A DNA stretch of 64,000 nt from a virus. Its lineage: Duplodnaviria > Heunggongvirae > Uroviricota > Caudoviricetes. The notes under the pieces were generated by a model, which was given only the letters and a program-made list of their open reading frames with translations, made no database searches and had not been told where the DNA came from. Location of the stretch: IMG/VR virus record IMGVR_UViG_3300037067_008629, positions 22,078 through 86,077 of that record. One strand, 5' to 3'. Of this stretch, positions 54,819-64,000 are shown one piece after another; the stretch's first letter is position 1, and each line of letters begins with the position of its first letter. Both the position numbers and the translations under genes were made by a program.

Positions 54819-55451
54819 TTAAGTTACTGCCAGGGCACTGACGGTATAAGTCACCTTGAGTTGGTCCCCGATTAAAACGGCTACATCACCACTTGTAAAC
54901 AACGCTGTGGCCCATAGCGTGTTGCCAGAAGCGGTATGATCACTCTTTGTCTGAGCATTGGCACCACCTACTACAAAAATACCTTTGACAGTACCATTTG
55001 CAGTAATATCAAAAACAGCAGCATTTGCATTGGTGATAGCTTTACCTGATGCTGAATCAGGAGCCCATTCTGGACGAGTTGTGGTTGAATCACCATTATT
55101 ACCGTCCGTATAATCAGTAAACCAATCCCAACCATTGCCAGCTTGATTTAAGTTATCATAATTATCATTTTCAGATAAAGCTGCATAACCAGTAAGATTG
55201 ATAAGATCAATATACCAATTAGCGATAGCGGCAACACCATTAAACATTACATCGAATAGCTTATTCTTGCCTTCGATAGTAATACCATTGTGACCACAAT
55301 ACTCATTAATTCTCCGACCCTTGCGAATGTGTTCAACACGGTAGTTACCTTGAAGAAGACATTGACTCAGGGGTGTGGATTTTGGACTGCGGGTCACTTC
55401 AACAGTCGCGTTCTGCTGAAACGATACAGGATTCATAAAATCCTCCTTCAA
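54819..55451 (-). CDS. distal tail protein-like, putative
   Basis: 210 aa, immediately after the tape-measure gene (the usual Dit position). Confidence 0.35.
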   Translation of the reverse strand: MKEDFMNPVSFQQNATVEVTRSPKSTPLSQCLLQGNYRVEHIRKGRRINEYCGHNGITIEGKNKLFDVMFNGVAAIANWYIDLINLTGYAALSENDNYDNLNQAGNGWDWFTDYTDGNNGDSTTTRPEWAPDSASGKAITNANAAVFDITANGTVKGIFVVGGANAQTKSDHTASGNTLWATALFTSGDVAVLIGDQLKVTYTVSALAVT

Positions 55452-58400
55452 CTATAGTTTACTAGTTCCGCGCCGCACTTCACGCCGAAGAGCAGTCGCA
55501 ATTTCTCTCGCAGTTTGTCTGGTAGACGAACTACCATTGACCGACACATTGATGTCACCAACATTCGTAACGGCTCCACCATCTTGACGATATACTGGTT
55601 TAACACCAGCGTTCATGGCCACAAGTTGCGAGAAGAAACTTCTTGTGGCTCGCGCATTTACCACGAATTCACCTGGTGATAACATGGCTGGGATCGTGTC
55701 TGTCCCATGTGATTTGAAAACATTTCCACCACCAGCAAAACGCATAGCACCACCGCGTGCTTGATTGATAGCTGGATTTGATATCTGTGCATTTTTGATG
55801 CGTTCCTGGGCATTTGCTACTCTTTCAGCATTACTAGCTTGAAGTGCATATGCAGTAGCCGTCATTTGTGCATTAGTATTAATTATAGGCGCATTCTGAG
55901 CAATTGATGCAACATTCTCTGCTGTACCACCAGTAAGTGTGACTGGTATTACAATACCAGCACCAAAGGTTGTACGAGCCAAGTTAATTTGTTGAGTTAA
56001 TTTATCAAGTTGGGCTTTTGCTTCAAGATCAGGTGATCCAGCAATTTTGCCATAAAATTGTTGTGAAATCTGTTGAATTGCATCACGAGCAGCCTGCACA
56101 GTATTTTGATCCACTAAAAGTGAATTTTGTAATGGATGTTTTGCTGCAAGTAAATCAAAATTTTCTAAAGCTTTTTGGCTTTGGCTTAGAGTTTGTTGGA
56201 ATGCTTGTAGATTATTTGGATCAACTTTACCAATACTCTTAACTGCCAAAAGCATACTATTGTATGCTTGAGCTAGAGCATTTGTGTTAGTTGTTTGTTT
56301 GGAAAGAACTGCTATATTAGGTAGAACATTACCAAATGGTTCGGCTATTCTAGTAGAAACAATTCCCTGTAATTTTTTAATTTCACCATTAAAAGCTTCA
56401 ACCTTAGGTGTTAAAGTAGCCATTTCGTCAGTCTTAGCAGCAACCCGATTCATTAAATCAAAAAATGGGCTATATTTATCAAGTTCTGGAAATGCAATAT
56501 GAACCTCTTTAGGGATAGCTTTAAAAGCTCCCATAAGCTTATTTAACCCTTGTTGATAATCGAATGTTACTTGGGTTCGCATATCGGGGAGTTTCTTCCC
56601 CATCGCATTTAAATCTTTTTGCAGATTAGCTACACCTAAAAATGCAGATAAATTGACTGATTTATCCTTACTCATTAGATTGATTAGATTAGTCCAAGCA
56701 ATTTGAGCTTTCTGGAAATCCTTCGTCATATCCTCTTCAGTTTTGGGCTTACCTGTAGGAGTAAATTGGGTAAATCCCTTAAGGATATCCTGCACAGCAG
56801 TTTTCATATCCGTTAATTTTTGTTCTTCAAGTTTAAGATTCTTTGCAGCTTCGATACCAGCTTGTCGGATAGCATTAATTCTATTTATATCAACCTGAGT
56901 CATTGCTTGTGCAATTTGTAATTCTTGTCCTCGTGTTCTCGCCAAAAGACCTCTGTTATTTTGTTCTTGACTAGCACTAGATGACGCCGCCGAAGCAAAT
57001 GCAGCTGCGTCAGATAACGCTTCTTTAATAGCGGCAAATTCTTCAGGTTGTGTTGCTTTACCAAGAGCCCCCATAGCAGCATTTAATTGATCTTGTGATC
57101 TGTTCATTTGTGCATAGGCTTTATGCACATTATCCATGCTATCCAAACGGAATCCAAATTCCTTGTCCGCAAGAGCTTGTGAACTCTTAGTATAATCTTT
57201 CATAGCGTCAGTCATTGCTTGTCCGCCATTCTCAGCGGTTTGTTGCAATTTCTTTACTAATCGCTCCTGGGTACTAATAATATTTCCCAGTTCACCCTTT
57301 AAGGTTGAAACGCTATTTTTATTGGTCTGAGCAATATCGTCTGTAATTTTAGAGTGAACTTTTTGGAGTTCGGTTAATGCACTTATGGTGGAGTCTTTTA
57401 TTGATTTATTGGTATCAATAGTACTTTGAACTCTTTTTAAATTTTCTTTATCAATCTCTTCTGAATACTTCTTTTCCTGCTCTAATAAAGCTGCGTGCAT
57501 AGTACGAGCCTTAAGAGGTATATTTAATAAATCAGCAATCAATGGTGCCAGAAGTTTGCCAGCTTCCCAACTTAACCAAAGCGCACCAATGGCAGGTATA
57601 GCACGACCTAACCCCATTAAAGCAACTTTGCAAGCATTAATACTCCAAAGCCATTGACCAAAGAGTTGAATAGATGGAGCCACTGCGGCTACCACTGCAC
57701 CAGAAAATACAAATAATCCTGGAACTCCTAATCCAGACAAAGAATTAGTTAGTTTTTCCACTACACCTAATATACTATTTAGTACAGGTAGAATCGACTG
57801 CCCTAATTTTGTAAAATTAACAGTAATCTGATTAACTAACTGGGCAAATCTTTGTCCAGGAGTTTCAGCTACCATCTTGTATACACTATCAGCTAAAGCT
57901 TCATTAGCTTCTTTAACCTTTAATGTATCAGCGACAGCCTCTTTATAATTTTCGCCTAAAATTGATACAGCACCCGTTAAGGCACGAAGATTTGTAAAGG
58001 CTTTAGCTAATTCAGAATTACTCCCCTTCGTCTCAGTTTCCAATGCTTTTAACATTGGAAGTAATCCACCAAATTTACTGATCGCCTGTTCAACAGTTTC
58101 TACGCCCCATTTTTCAGCATAGATTGCTTTTAGTGCTTCAGTTGGTTTTAAAGTTTGAGAAAGAATGGCTCGCATTTGAGTTACCGCTGTTGTAAATTTA
58201 ACACCCTGACGAGTCATGGTAGAAACTGGACCTAATACTTCTTCCAATGAAACTCCGAGTTCTTTAGCAATCGAAGCAACTCGACCAATTGTATCTTTCA
58301 TTTCACTAAATTGAAAACGACCAATTTCCATGGCTCTAAACAATTTACCTGAAACATCACCTGCACTATCTGCTCCCAATTTAAATCCATTTATAGCCAC

Positions 58401-59081
58401 AGTTAATGTATCAACAGCATCGGTAGTTGACGAACCTGTTGCGACAGCTACTTTCATAGCTTGCTCTAAAACTTGCATTGATTGAGCAGCGTTACCTACT
58501 TGATTTTGCAATGTTAAGTAATACCCCGCCCCAACATCTGCTAATGGTCGCGCGAACAGCCGTGAAAGTCGAATTAAATCAGATTCAATCTGATCTATAT
58601 TTGCGCCTTTGCCAGCGACAGTTTGGATCATACCTAATTGACGACTAAAAGCAGCACCTGACGATACACCTTCTTTAAATGCTTGCCCAAGAGCATTAAC
58701 ACCAGAAAGAATATAACGAAACTGCATAATTCGGAGTAATGTTCTAAATGAAACAGTTAATCGTTGATTACCTTGTTGCATCTGGTTAGCGGCGTTTTTA
58801 TGTTTGTCTGAAAGATTTTTTAAATTATTACCTAATTGAGCAACAGGCGCTGCAGTTCCTGAACCCATATCAGTAACTGTCTGAGTAGTTTGATTAACTG
58901 ACTTTTGCAAACTATTAAGCGCTTTGGTTGCATTTGCACCAGCAGAATTCCAACTACGCAGTTCTCCACCAGTAGTAGCAAGAATAGTATTAAGAGAGCC
59001 TAAAGCGTCTCTAAGACTATTAATAGTGGCAATTGCTCCACCCGCATCAAATCCTAACCTTTGTACAATATCTTCAGCCAT
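55452..59081 (-). CDS. tail tape-measure protein
   Basis: 1209 aa and Ala/Gln-rich with long coiled-coil stretches. It has internal hydrophobic segments (GLFVFSGAVVAAVAPSIQLFGQWLW). It follows the chaperone frameshift pair. Confidence 0.75.
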   Translation of the reverse strand: MAEDIVQRLGFDAGGAIATINSLRDALGSLNTILATTGGELRSWNSAGANATKALNSLQKSVNQTTQTVTDMGSGTAAPVAQLGNNLKNLSDKHKNAANQMQQGNQRLTVSFRTLLRIMQFRYILSGVNALGQAFKEGVSSGAAFSRQLGMIQTVAGKGANIDQIESDLIRLSRLFARPLADVGAGYYLTLQNQVGNAAQSMQVLEQAMKVAVATGSSTTDAVDTLTVAINGFKLGADSAGDVSGKLFRAMEIGRFQFSEMKDTIGRVASIAKELGVSLEEVLGPVSTMTRQGVKFTTAVTQMRAILSQTLKPTEALKAIYAEKWGVETVEQAISKFGGLLPMLKALETETKGSNSELAKAFTNLRALTGAVSILGENYKEAVADTLKVKEANEALADSVYKMVAETPGQRFAQLVNQITVNFTKLGQSILPVLNSILGVVEKLTNSLSGLGVPGLFVFSGAVVAAVAPSIQLFGQWLWSINACKVALMGLGRAIPAIGALWLSWEAGKLLAPLIADLLNIPLKARTMHAALLEQEKKYSEEIDKENLKRVQSTIDTNKSIKDSTISALTELQKVHSKITDDIAQTNKNSVSTLKGELGNIISTQERLVKKLQQTAENGGQAMTDAMKDYTKSSQALADKEFGFRLDSMDNVHKAYAQMNRSQDQLNAAMGALGKATQPEEFAAIKEALSDAAAFASAASSSASQEQNNRGLLARTRGQELQIAQAMTQVDINRINAIRQAGIEAAKNLKLEEQKLTDMKTAVQDILKGFTQFTPTGKPKTEEDMTKDFQKAQIAWTNLINLMSKDKSVNLSAFLGVANLQKDLNAMGKKLPDMRTQVTFDYQQGLNKLMGAFKAIPKEVHIAFPELDKYSPFFDLMNRVAAKTDEMATLTPKVEAFNGEIKKLQGIVSTRIAEPFGNVLPNIAVLSKQTTNTNALAQAYNSMLLAVKSIGKVDPNNLQAFQQTLSQSQKALENFDLLAAKHPLQNSLLVDQNTVQAARDAIQQISQQFYGKIAGSPDLEAKAQLDKLTQQINLARTTFGAGIVIPVTLTGGTAENVASIAQNAPIINTNAQMTATAYALQASNAERVANAQERIKNAQISNPAINQARGGAMRFAGGGNVFKSHGTDTIPAMLSPGEFVVNARATRSFFSQLVAMNAGVKPVYRQDGGAVTNVGDINVSVNGSSSTRQTAREIATALRREVRRGTSKL

Positions 59082-59082
59082 A

Positions 59083-59589
59083 TTATTTTACCGTATGTGT
59101 TTTAATAGTTATAGCCAATACAGGAGACGGCAATCGAACTGAATTTGCATATTGTTTAAATTCTTCCGCAGCGACCTCTGGAAAATTATAGGGTCCAGGC
59201 TGCCGTAATTTAGCAAATAATCTACCTTCTTCTGGATTAGCATTTGCATTATGGAGATTATTATAGCATAGGTGCCAAAGATCAGTAGTATACTCAAGTA
59301 CATAAGCTCCATCATAAATAGTTTTTCTCGCACTACTATGGGCTTTACCGTAACTAGGTCCCGACATCCATGGAATACCGCCTCCTACTCCAATTGAATA
59401 ACCAATTGTGGCTGCAAGTTTTAAGAATGTTCCATGAGACGCACCTGACCATACTGGAATCCGAGACAATGCAGCGTTCATCCATATAATAGCCCCCTGA
59501 GTCAACGCTGCATTTAACTCTTGGTCTAGTAAGCGTTTCCATACTGTAGGAGATAAATGCAGCGTTTTGTAATCAAAGGTGAATCGCAT
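59083..59589 (-). CDS. hypothetical protein between the chaperone GT extension and the tape-measure gene
   Basis: 168-aa ORF. Its ATG follows the TAA of the -1 frame extension directly. Confidence 0.4.
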   Translation of the reverse strand: MRFTFDYKTLHLSPTVWKRLLDQELNAALTQGAIIWMNAALSRIPVWSGASHGTFLKLAATIGYSIGVGGGIPWMSGPSYGKAHSSARKTIYDGAYVLEYTTDLWHLCYNNLHNANANPEEGRLFAKLRQPGPYNFPEVAAEEFKQYANSVRLPSPVLAITIKTHTVK

Positions 59590-59841
59590 TTAAGATTTTC
59601 CAGGTTTAGTTGTAAATGCGCCAGTCATTTTCATTTCTTCATAATCACGAAGTTGTTCATAAGCTATAATTAAAGCCTGTGTCCAAACATCGCAATCTTC
59701 CCAAGAATCCTTAACTCCAGGAGGTTTAATTCTTAACCGTTCACAGGCTTTCCAGACTGTGTATTCTCCGGTTCGATATTTTGGCCAGAGGATTCTTTTT
59801 GCGCCTGAACCTGACCATGTAGAAAAACCTTGCGCGCCTGT
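59590..59841 (-). CDS. -1 frame extension of the tail assembly chaperone (gpGT-like T segment)
   Basis: The -1 frame relative to 59733..60323 is open from 59841 to a TAA at 59590-59592. It overlaps the last 35 codons of the chaperone ORF. Candidate slippery stretches in the overlap are gcgCAAAAAGaa (59795-59801) and aagGTTTTTCta (59822-59828). Confidence 0.5.
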   Translation of the reverse strand, partial: TGAQGFSTWSGSGAKRILWPKYRTGEYTVWKACERLRIKPPGVKDSWEDCDVWTQALIIAYEQLRDYEEMKMTGAFTTKPGKS

Positions 59842-60323
59842 TCAAGTTTTGATTCATCAAGTGAATTAGCTTGCATAACACATTGAACAATACGATTAAT
59901 TTCAATAGTAGTTAAGCCAGCCTTCTTAAAATCTTGTACATAATTTACCCATGTACGTGGATTATCAACTTGAACTGTATCCCATTCAATTTCGCTTGGC
60001 TCCAGAGATTTCACAACTAAATAAGCAATTCGCTTTTCATTGTGATTTTGCAGGATTTGTCGATAATTTTCATCCTCAGGCATTGGAACATAACCATCTT
60101 TAGTTAATTTCCCCGGTGCCTTTGGCTCTGGACATAGAGCTTCAAACTCATCAAGATTAATAGCCTGTGCTCGAATTACAAGAGTCTGTTCCCCACGAGG
60201 AAGAACCAATAATTCTTGAGTTGGACCCTCAACTGTTACACCACCGATTCTCATAATAACTCTCCCATAAACCTTACAAGGTAACTTCTGTAGCTGGATT
60301 GTAAGTGATCCAGCTACAGTCAT
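59733..60323 (-). CDS. tail assembly chaperone (gpG-like)
   Basis: 196-aa acidic protein between the major tail genes and the tape-measure gene, with a downstream overlapping -1 frame. Confidence 0.55.
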   Translation of the reverse strand: MTVAGSLTIQLQKLPCKVYGRVIMRIGGVTVEGPTQELLVLPRGEQTLVIRAQAINLDEFEALCPEPKAPGKLTKDGYVPMPEDENYRQILQNHNEKRIAYLVVKSLEPSEIEWDTVQVDNPRTWVNYVQDFKKAGLTTIEINRIVQCVMQANSLDESKLEQARKVFLHGQVQAQKESSGQNIEPENTQSGKPVNG

Positions 60324-60328
60324 TTAAA

Positions 60329-60790
60329 TTAACTACGGGTTACTGTTGCTTCCGTTGCATTACATTTTCCAGAAACTGAAATTGTTGCATCTTGAAGATT
60401 AAATTCAAGATCATCGTAGCGAAATTCTGGTAAAATTGTAGTTTCATCCTGAGAAGTGCCACATGGCACATCATGTTGAACTTCAATATCTACACAATAA
60501 GGTTCACATAGATCGTCAGACGTACTAACCCATTCTGATGCATTACCCTTATTTTTAAGTGCATCTACAGGTGTAATAGCTTCGCTAGTACCTGTAGTAA
60601 TATGTTCATATACGAACTCCAACTCAACTTCGAGAGGTTGCTCGTCACCTTCTTTAACAGCGTCAAGAATACCACGATCAAGTAGATATTCATATTCCTT
60701 TGATTCTGTAAAGGTTAAATTACCTTCACCAACCTTAATCTCAATCTGCTGAGGTAAGAAATTAAGTGTGTCTCCTTTTTCAGGAACATT
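60329..60790. repeat. direct repeat (~460 bp, ~90% identity) with 61779..62240: duplicated C-terminal domain of the major tail paralogs
   Basis: Compare 60326-60440 ttaactacgggttactgttgcttccgttgcattacattttccagaaactgaaattgttgc with 61776-61890 ttaacgacgggttactgttgcttccgttgcgttacattttccagaaactgaaatcgttgc. The similarity continues for roughly 450 bp. The 5' 60 bp of the two genes are also repeated. Confidence 0.8.
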
Positions 60791-61714
60791 AGTTAGTCCC
60801 CAGGCAGGTGTGAAAACAATATTTGTCGTTGGGCTGGTAGATACAGGTGTTCGTGCTGTTACTGTATGAATAGTTGTATGCCCGGCTGTTGAAGGAGTAA
60901 ATCGTGCCCCAACTGGGACTAAATCAGTATATGTCGTATTTAACACTACTGTTGAAATATTGACATCAGTATCTGTGTTTGCGGGCTCTGCTAAACCACC
61001 AGCTGACGCCACTGTCGTATCATCAACAATACCATCACCAGCGCCTTCGTCAGCAATAGACCAATCAGCACACTGTGCAGGGCCAACTCCCCACATTGTC
61101 ACCACATCAGACGCAATATTTGCACCAGTTGTATGAATAGTGAAAGTGTTTGGTGAAAATGTCACGCCAGCGGCTACAACATCAACACCATTTGCAGCTG
61201 CAACATTTGCTGTGTCATCATCAGCTAACAACCAAACACCACTACCATCGCCTTCAATAGCACACGACCATTGTGGCCAAGTTGGATTAGCAACCAATGC
61301 TGCATCAAAGGCTGTTTTCATTGCGGACCCATTTGAGACGGCTGTATTAAACTCAAGTGTAAAAGTATCTGTATTCACATCGTACAAAATTGCTTCTGCA
61401 CCATTACTATTTGCCTCGAATATACAACCATTATAAACGTCATCCTTAGCGGGGGATGTAAAAATAAGATCGCCATTTGCAGCATTAATAGGAAGTGTTG
61501 CATCTGCATTAGCACCTGCGTTAACATCTGCTACTGATGTAAAATTCCAGCTATTCCATTCAACACCCTCATCTAATGCAGTAAAGGTTAGATCACTATT
61601 CACTGCATTACTATTAAGAACCGCCATAGCAACTGCACCCTCAGTAATAAGAGCCGTTCCGCTCAAGCCATCCTTAATACGAATCGTGCAATCACGTAAT
61701 TCGATTCTTGCCAT
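60329..61714 (-). CDS. major tail protein paralog, long form, with shared C-terminal domain
   Basis: 461 aa. The first 20 aa (MARIELRDCTIRIKDGLSGTA) and the last ~150 aa are nearly identical to 61779..62513. The middle ~220 aa is a Thr/Ala/Asn-rich insertion. Confidence 0.5.
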   Translation of the reverse strand: MARIELRDCTIRIKDGLSGTALITEGAVAMAVLNSNAVNSDLTFTALDEGVEWNSWNFTSVADVNAGANADATLPINAANGDLIFTSPAKDDVYNGCIFEANSNGAEAILYDVNTDTFTLEFNTAVSNGSAMKTAFDAALVANPTWPQWSCAIEGDGSGVWLLADDDTANVAAANGVDVVAAGVTFSPNTFTIHTTGANIASDVVTMWGVGPAQCADWSIADEGAGDGIVDDTTVASAGGLAEPANTDTDVNISTVVLNTTYTDLVPVGARFTPSTAGHTTIHTVTARTPVSTSPTTNIVFTPAWGLTNVPEKGDTLNFLPQQIEIKVGEGNLTFTESKEYEYLLDRGILDAVKEGDEQPLEVELEFVYEHITTGTSEAITPVDALKNKGNASEWVSTSDDLCEPYCVDIEVQHDVPCGTSQDETTILPEFRYDDLEFNLQDATISVSGKCNATEATVTRS

Positions 61715-61742
61715 TTTAATCTCCAGTTTTATATTAAAGAAA

Positions 61743-61770
61743 TCTGACTGGCTGGTTAAAGCCAGTCAGA
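61743..61770 (-). terminator. rho-independent terminator (minus strand) between the two major-tail paralogs
   Basis: Perfect 10-bp stem tctgactggc / gccagtcaga with loop tggttaaa. On the minus strand it is followed by uuucuuuaauauaaaa, just after the stop of 61779..62513 and before the GGAG RBS of the next gene. Confidence 0.55.
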
Positions 61771-61778
61771 TATTAGAT

Positions 61779-62513
61779 TTAACGACGGGTTACTGTTGCT
61801 TCCGTTGCGTTACATTTTCCAGAAACTGAAATCGTTGCGTCTTGAAGATTAAATTCAAGGTCGTCATAACGGAATTCTGGTAAAAGTGTTAACTCATCCT
61901 GAGAAGTTCCACATGGAACATCGTGTTCAATTTCAATGTCTACACAATAGGGTTCGCACAAATCATCAGATGAACTTACCCATTCAGCAGCACTACCTTT
62001 ATTCTTAAAAGCATCTACTGGTGTGATAGATTCACTAGTACCTGTAGTAATATGCTCATAAACGAACTCCAACTCGACTTCGAGAGGTTGTTCGTCGCCT
62101 TCTTTAACAGCGTCAAGAATACCACGATCAAGTAAATATTCATATTCTTTTGATTCTGTAAAGGTTAGATTACCTTCACCAATCTTGACTTCAATTTGCT
62201 GCGGTAAGAAGGTAATAACATCAGCATTTGCTGGCGCATTTGCCACCCAAGCTGGTGTAAAGGTAACATTTGTTGTAGGACTAGCATTTGCTGGTGTTCG
62301 TGCAGTCACAGTATGAACCACTGTATGGTTTGCTGTATTAACTGTAAATCGAGCACCAACTGGAACTAGATCAACATCTGTTGTATTAAGAACGGCAACG
62401 TCGATATCTACATCAACATCATTCACAGTGATTACTGCTTGATTAATAGTTGCAGTGCCACTGAGGCCATCTTTAATACGAATCGTGCAGTCACGCAATT
62501 CGATTCTAGCCAT
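61779..62513 (-). CDS. major tail protein, putative (short paralog)
   Basis: 244 aa and beta-rich. It sits upstream of the chaperone/tape-measure genes and is followed by an attenuating terminator. Confidence 0.5.
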   Translation of the reverse strand: MARIELRDCTIRIKDGLSGTATINQAVITVNDVDVDIDVAVLNTTDVDLVPVGARFTVNTANHTVVHTVTARTPANASPTTNVTFTPAWVANAPANADVITFLPQQIEVKIGEGNLTFTESKEYEYLLDRGILDAVKEGDEQPLEVELEFVYEHITTGTSESITPVDAFKNKGSAAEWVSSSDDLCEPYCVDIEIEHDVPCGTSQDELTLLPEFRYDDLEFNLQDATISVSGKCNATEATVTRR

Positions 62514-62569
62514 ATTTTATACCTCCAAAAAAGTTTGTTAATTATTGCCCAGTTTACGTCTGGTAACGA

Positions 62570-63052
62570 TTACTCTGAAAAGAGTTCCATTTTGAGACGC
62601 CCATCTACCTCTGATTGACGAACACGATCTACACGACTAATTTGTCCAAAGTGAATCACTCGATTTGAGTTATTTCTCCCTTGTCTAGGTATAAGACATC
62701 CGATCCACGCTTGATCGTCCCCCTCTTCACTTCCATACCTGAACACATTTATTGGCCCTTCCATCGCGGTTTGAATTACTCCACACCACGTTGTAATATC
62801 ATAGGCTTGCTTAGCACCCATAATCTCGGTCAATAATATATTGATGTCTACGTTCAAAATGTAATAATTGTGACTTGGTTCTGTAATAAAAGGACCATTA
62901 ATACGCAGTTCTGCGTGATTGTAATGTATTTTTTCTGGCTCCCGCTCATCCACACCTTCGGTTAAAAGTGGTAGAGTTAATATATCAGTTACTGTTTTAA
63001 AATAATCAGCAACCGAAGACATAATCCACCTAGACCAATTAGGATTTAACAT
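62570..63052 (-). CDS. head-tail joining / tail completion protein, putative
   Basis: 160 aa, position-based call. Confidence 0.35.
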   Translation of the reverse strand: MLNPNWSRWIMSSVADYFKTVTDILTLPLLTEGVDEREPEKIHYNHAELRINGPFITEPSHNYYILNVDINILLTEIMGAKQAYDITTWCGVIQTAMEGPINVFRYGSEEGDDQAWIGCLIPRQGRNNSNRVIHFGQISRVDRVRQSEVDGRLKMELFSE

Positions 63053-63530
63053 TGTTACTCACTTGTGTGAATGCTGGTTCGCTTGAAATTTCTACATCAA
63101 TAATGGCAGGACCAATAACCCTCTTAGCTGTAATTGTCCAACCAGTATGTTGTTCTAATTCTTCGATGATTTTTAGATTATATCTATAATTTTCAAACTC
63201 AATCCAATCATCATTTTGAATTATGTAACCCTTAGGTAAATCGCGTGAATCAATAATAAAAATTCTTGTATTTGTATCATATGATCCACCATAGGTAAAT
63301 TCTTTATTTGCGACTAAAACAGTTTGGACAACTTCTCGTTGTACTCTAGTTGGAAGTACAATACAACGATGAATAGTAATACTAGTTGAATTAAGTTCTT
63401 TAATCCCAGTTTTATAATCGGTGTCTGCTTTAGTTAATTTATGAAGTTTTACAGTACTCCCAAAACCACGTTTTAAAGCATACAAAGCTTGTCGAATACG
63501 TCGATTTAAACTATGATTTATTACTACCAT
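63039..63530 (-). CDS. head-tail connector/adaptor protein, putative
   Basis: 163 aa, position-based call. Confidence 0.35.
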   Translation of the reverse strand: MVVINHSLNRRIRQALYALKRGFGSTVKLHKLTKADTDYKTGIKELNSTSITIHRCIVLPTRVQREVVQTVLVANKEFTYGGSYDTNTRIFIIDSRDLPKGYIIQNDDWIEFENYRYNLKIIEELEQHTGWTITAKRVIGPAIIDVEISSEPAFTQVSNNVKS

Positions 63531-63539
63531 ACCACTAAT

Positions 63540-63848
63540 CTACTTTATATTTAGGTCTTGTGGATCATCACATTCTTGACCTATCATTTTTGGACAAACT
63601 CTCGCTAACCGTTCAATTATATGACCAATCCATCTTAAACATTCTGAACTTTGAGTTAAAACTGCAGTAGTCTTTTCGATCAAATCTTTTAACGTTTTCT
63701 TCTGGTATTCTTCTAATTTTTCAACTCTACGAGTTAAACGTAGTTCACGTTGCCAATCTCTCCACACAAAAAAAATGATAATAGCAACAAGTGGACCAAA
63801 ATTCTTTACAATATCTACCATTGGAAAGTCCATGTATACCTCCGTCAT
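63540..63848 (-). CDS. small protein with N-terminal hydrophobic helix
   Basis: 102 aa. FGPLVAIIIFFVW is a TM-like segment, followed by a charged helical remainder. Confidence 0.35.
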   Translation of the reverse strand: MTEVYMDFPMVDIVKNFGPLVAIIIFFVWRDWQRELRLTRRVEKLEEYQKKTLKDLIEKTTAVLTQSSECLRWIGHIIERLARVCPKMIGQECDDPQDLNIK

Positions 63849-63849
63849 C

Positions 63850-63888
63850 TATTGAAAGAAGGCCCGGAGACTCTTAGGAGTCTCCGGG
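63850..63888 (-). terminator. rho-independent terminator (minus strand)
   Basis: Perfect 11-bp stem cccggagactc / gagtctccggg with loop ttag. On the minus strand it is followed by ccuucuuuc. It separates genes beyond 63.9 kb (probably capsid genes) from the tail module. Confidence 0.5.
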
Positions 63889-64000
63889 ACGTTTCAATCA
63901 ATGTTTAGCCAAGCAAAACACAACCGAGGTCGGTGTCAAGTGTAGCAACACCCGCCAATAGGTCCATCGTTACGATAGTACCCTGTGTGGTGATGTCATA

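Noticed and set aside
1-64000. Prophage integration signals (integrase, att site at the tRNA genes)
   Set aside because: No tyrosine or serine recombinase motifs are visible in any ORF. Both tRNAs are embedded in coupled phage operons with no flanking direct repeats, so they appear to be phage-encoded tRNAs rather than attachment sites.

Overview
This 64-kb window looks like a tailed dsDNA bacteriophage genome segment. GC content is low and almost everything is transcribed leftward on the minus strand. Genes are tightly packed, with many ATGA/TAATG start-stop overlaps, and several track ORFs actually begin with TTG or GTG. The one exception is a 4.5-kb rightward replication block (43.7-48.3 kb) that diverges from a palindrome-rich intergenic region.

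From left to right the window contains:
- six tandem small paralogs sharing a GGP(P) motif;
- a purine and deoxynucleotide salvage cluster (guaC-like, gpt-like, an N-deoxyribosyltransferase/DNPH1-like enzyme fused to an HNH-AP2 endonuclease, deoC-like);
- DNA metabolism genes: a beta-class DNA methyltransferase, a BCS1-like AAA ATPase, a GNAT, a PD-(D/E)XK nuclease, an ATP-dependent DNA ligase, a HAD phosphatase, a sigma-factor-like protein, a VRR-NUC nuclease, an IscU-like scaffold, a family A DNA polymerase and two ParB-like proteins;
- tRNA-Asn(GUU), immediately followed by a putative RNA heal-and-seal cassette: a T4 Pnk-like kinase, a calcineurin-like phosphoesterase, and an Rnl2-like RNA ligase carrying a tRNA-binding-like OB domain and split by a frameshift;
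- a glycosylation module: two GT41 (OGT-like) glycosyltransferases, a sugar C-methyltransferase-like enzyme and Cys-rich proteins;
- peptidases, an SNF2 helicase, MazG, dCMP deaminase and tRNA-Thr(UGU);
- an AEP primase/SF3 helicase and a DnaQ-like exonuclease on the plus strand;
- a siphovirus-like tail module: tape-measure protein, G/GT-style chaperone frameshift, duplicated major-tail-like proteins and flanking terminators.

No CRISPR array, rRNA, integrase, terminase, portal or capsid gene is visible in the window. Family assignments rest on motifs I could read in the translations, without any database search.
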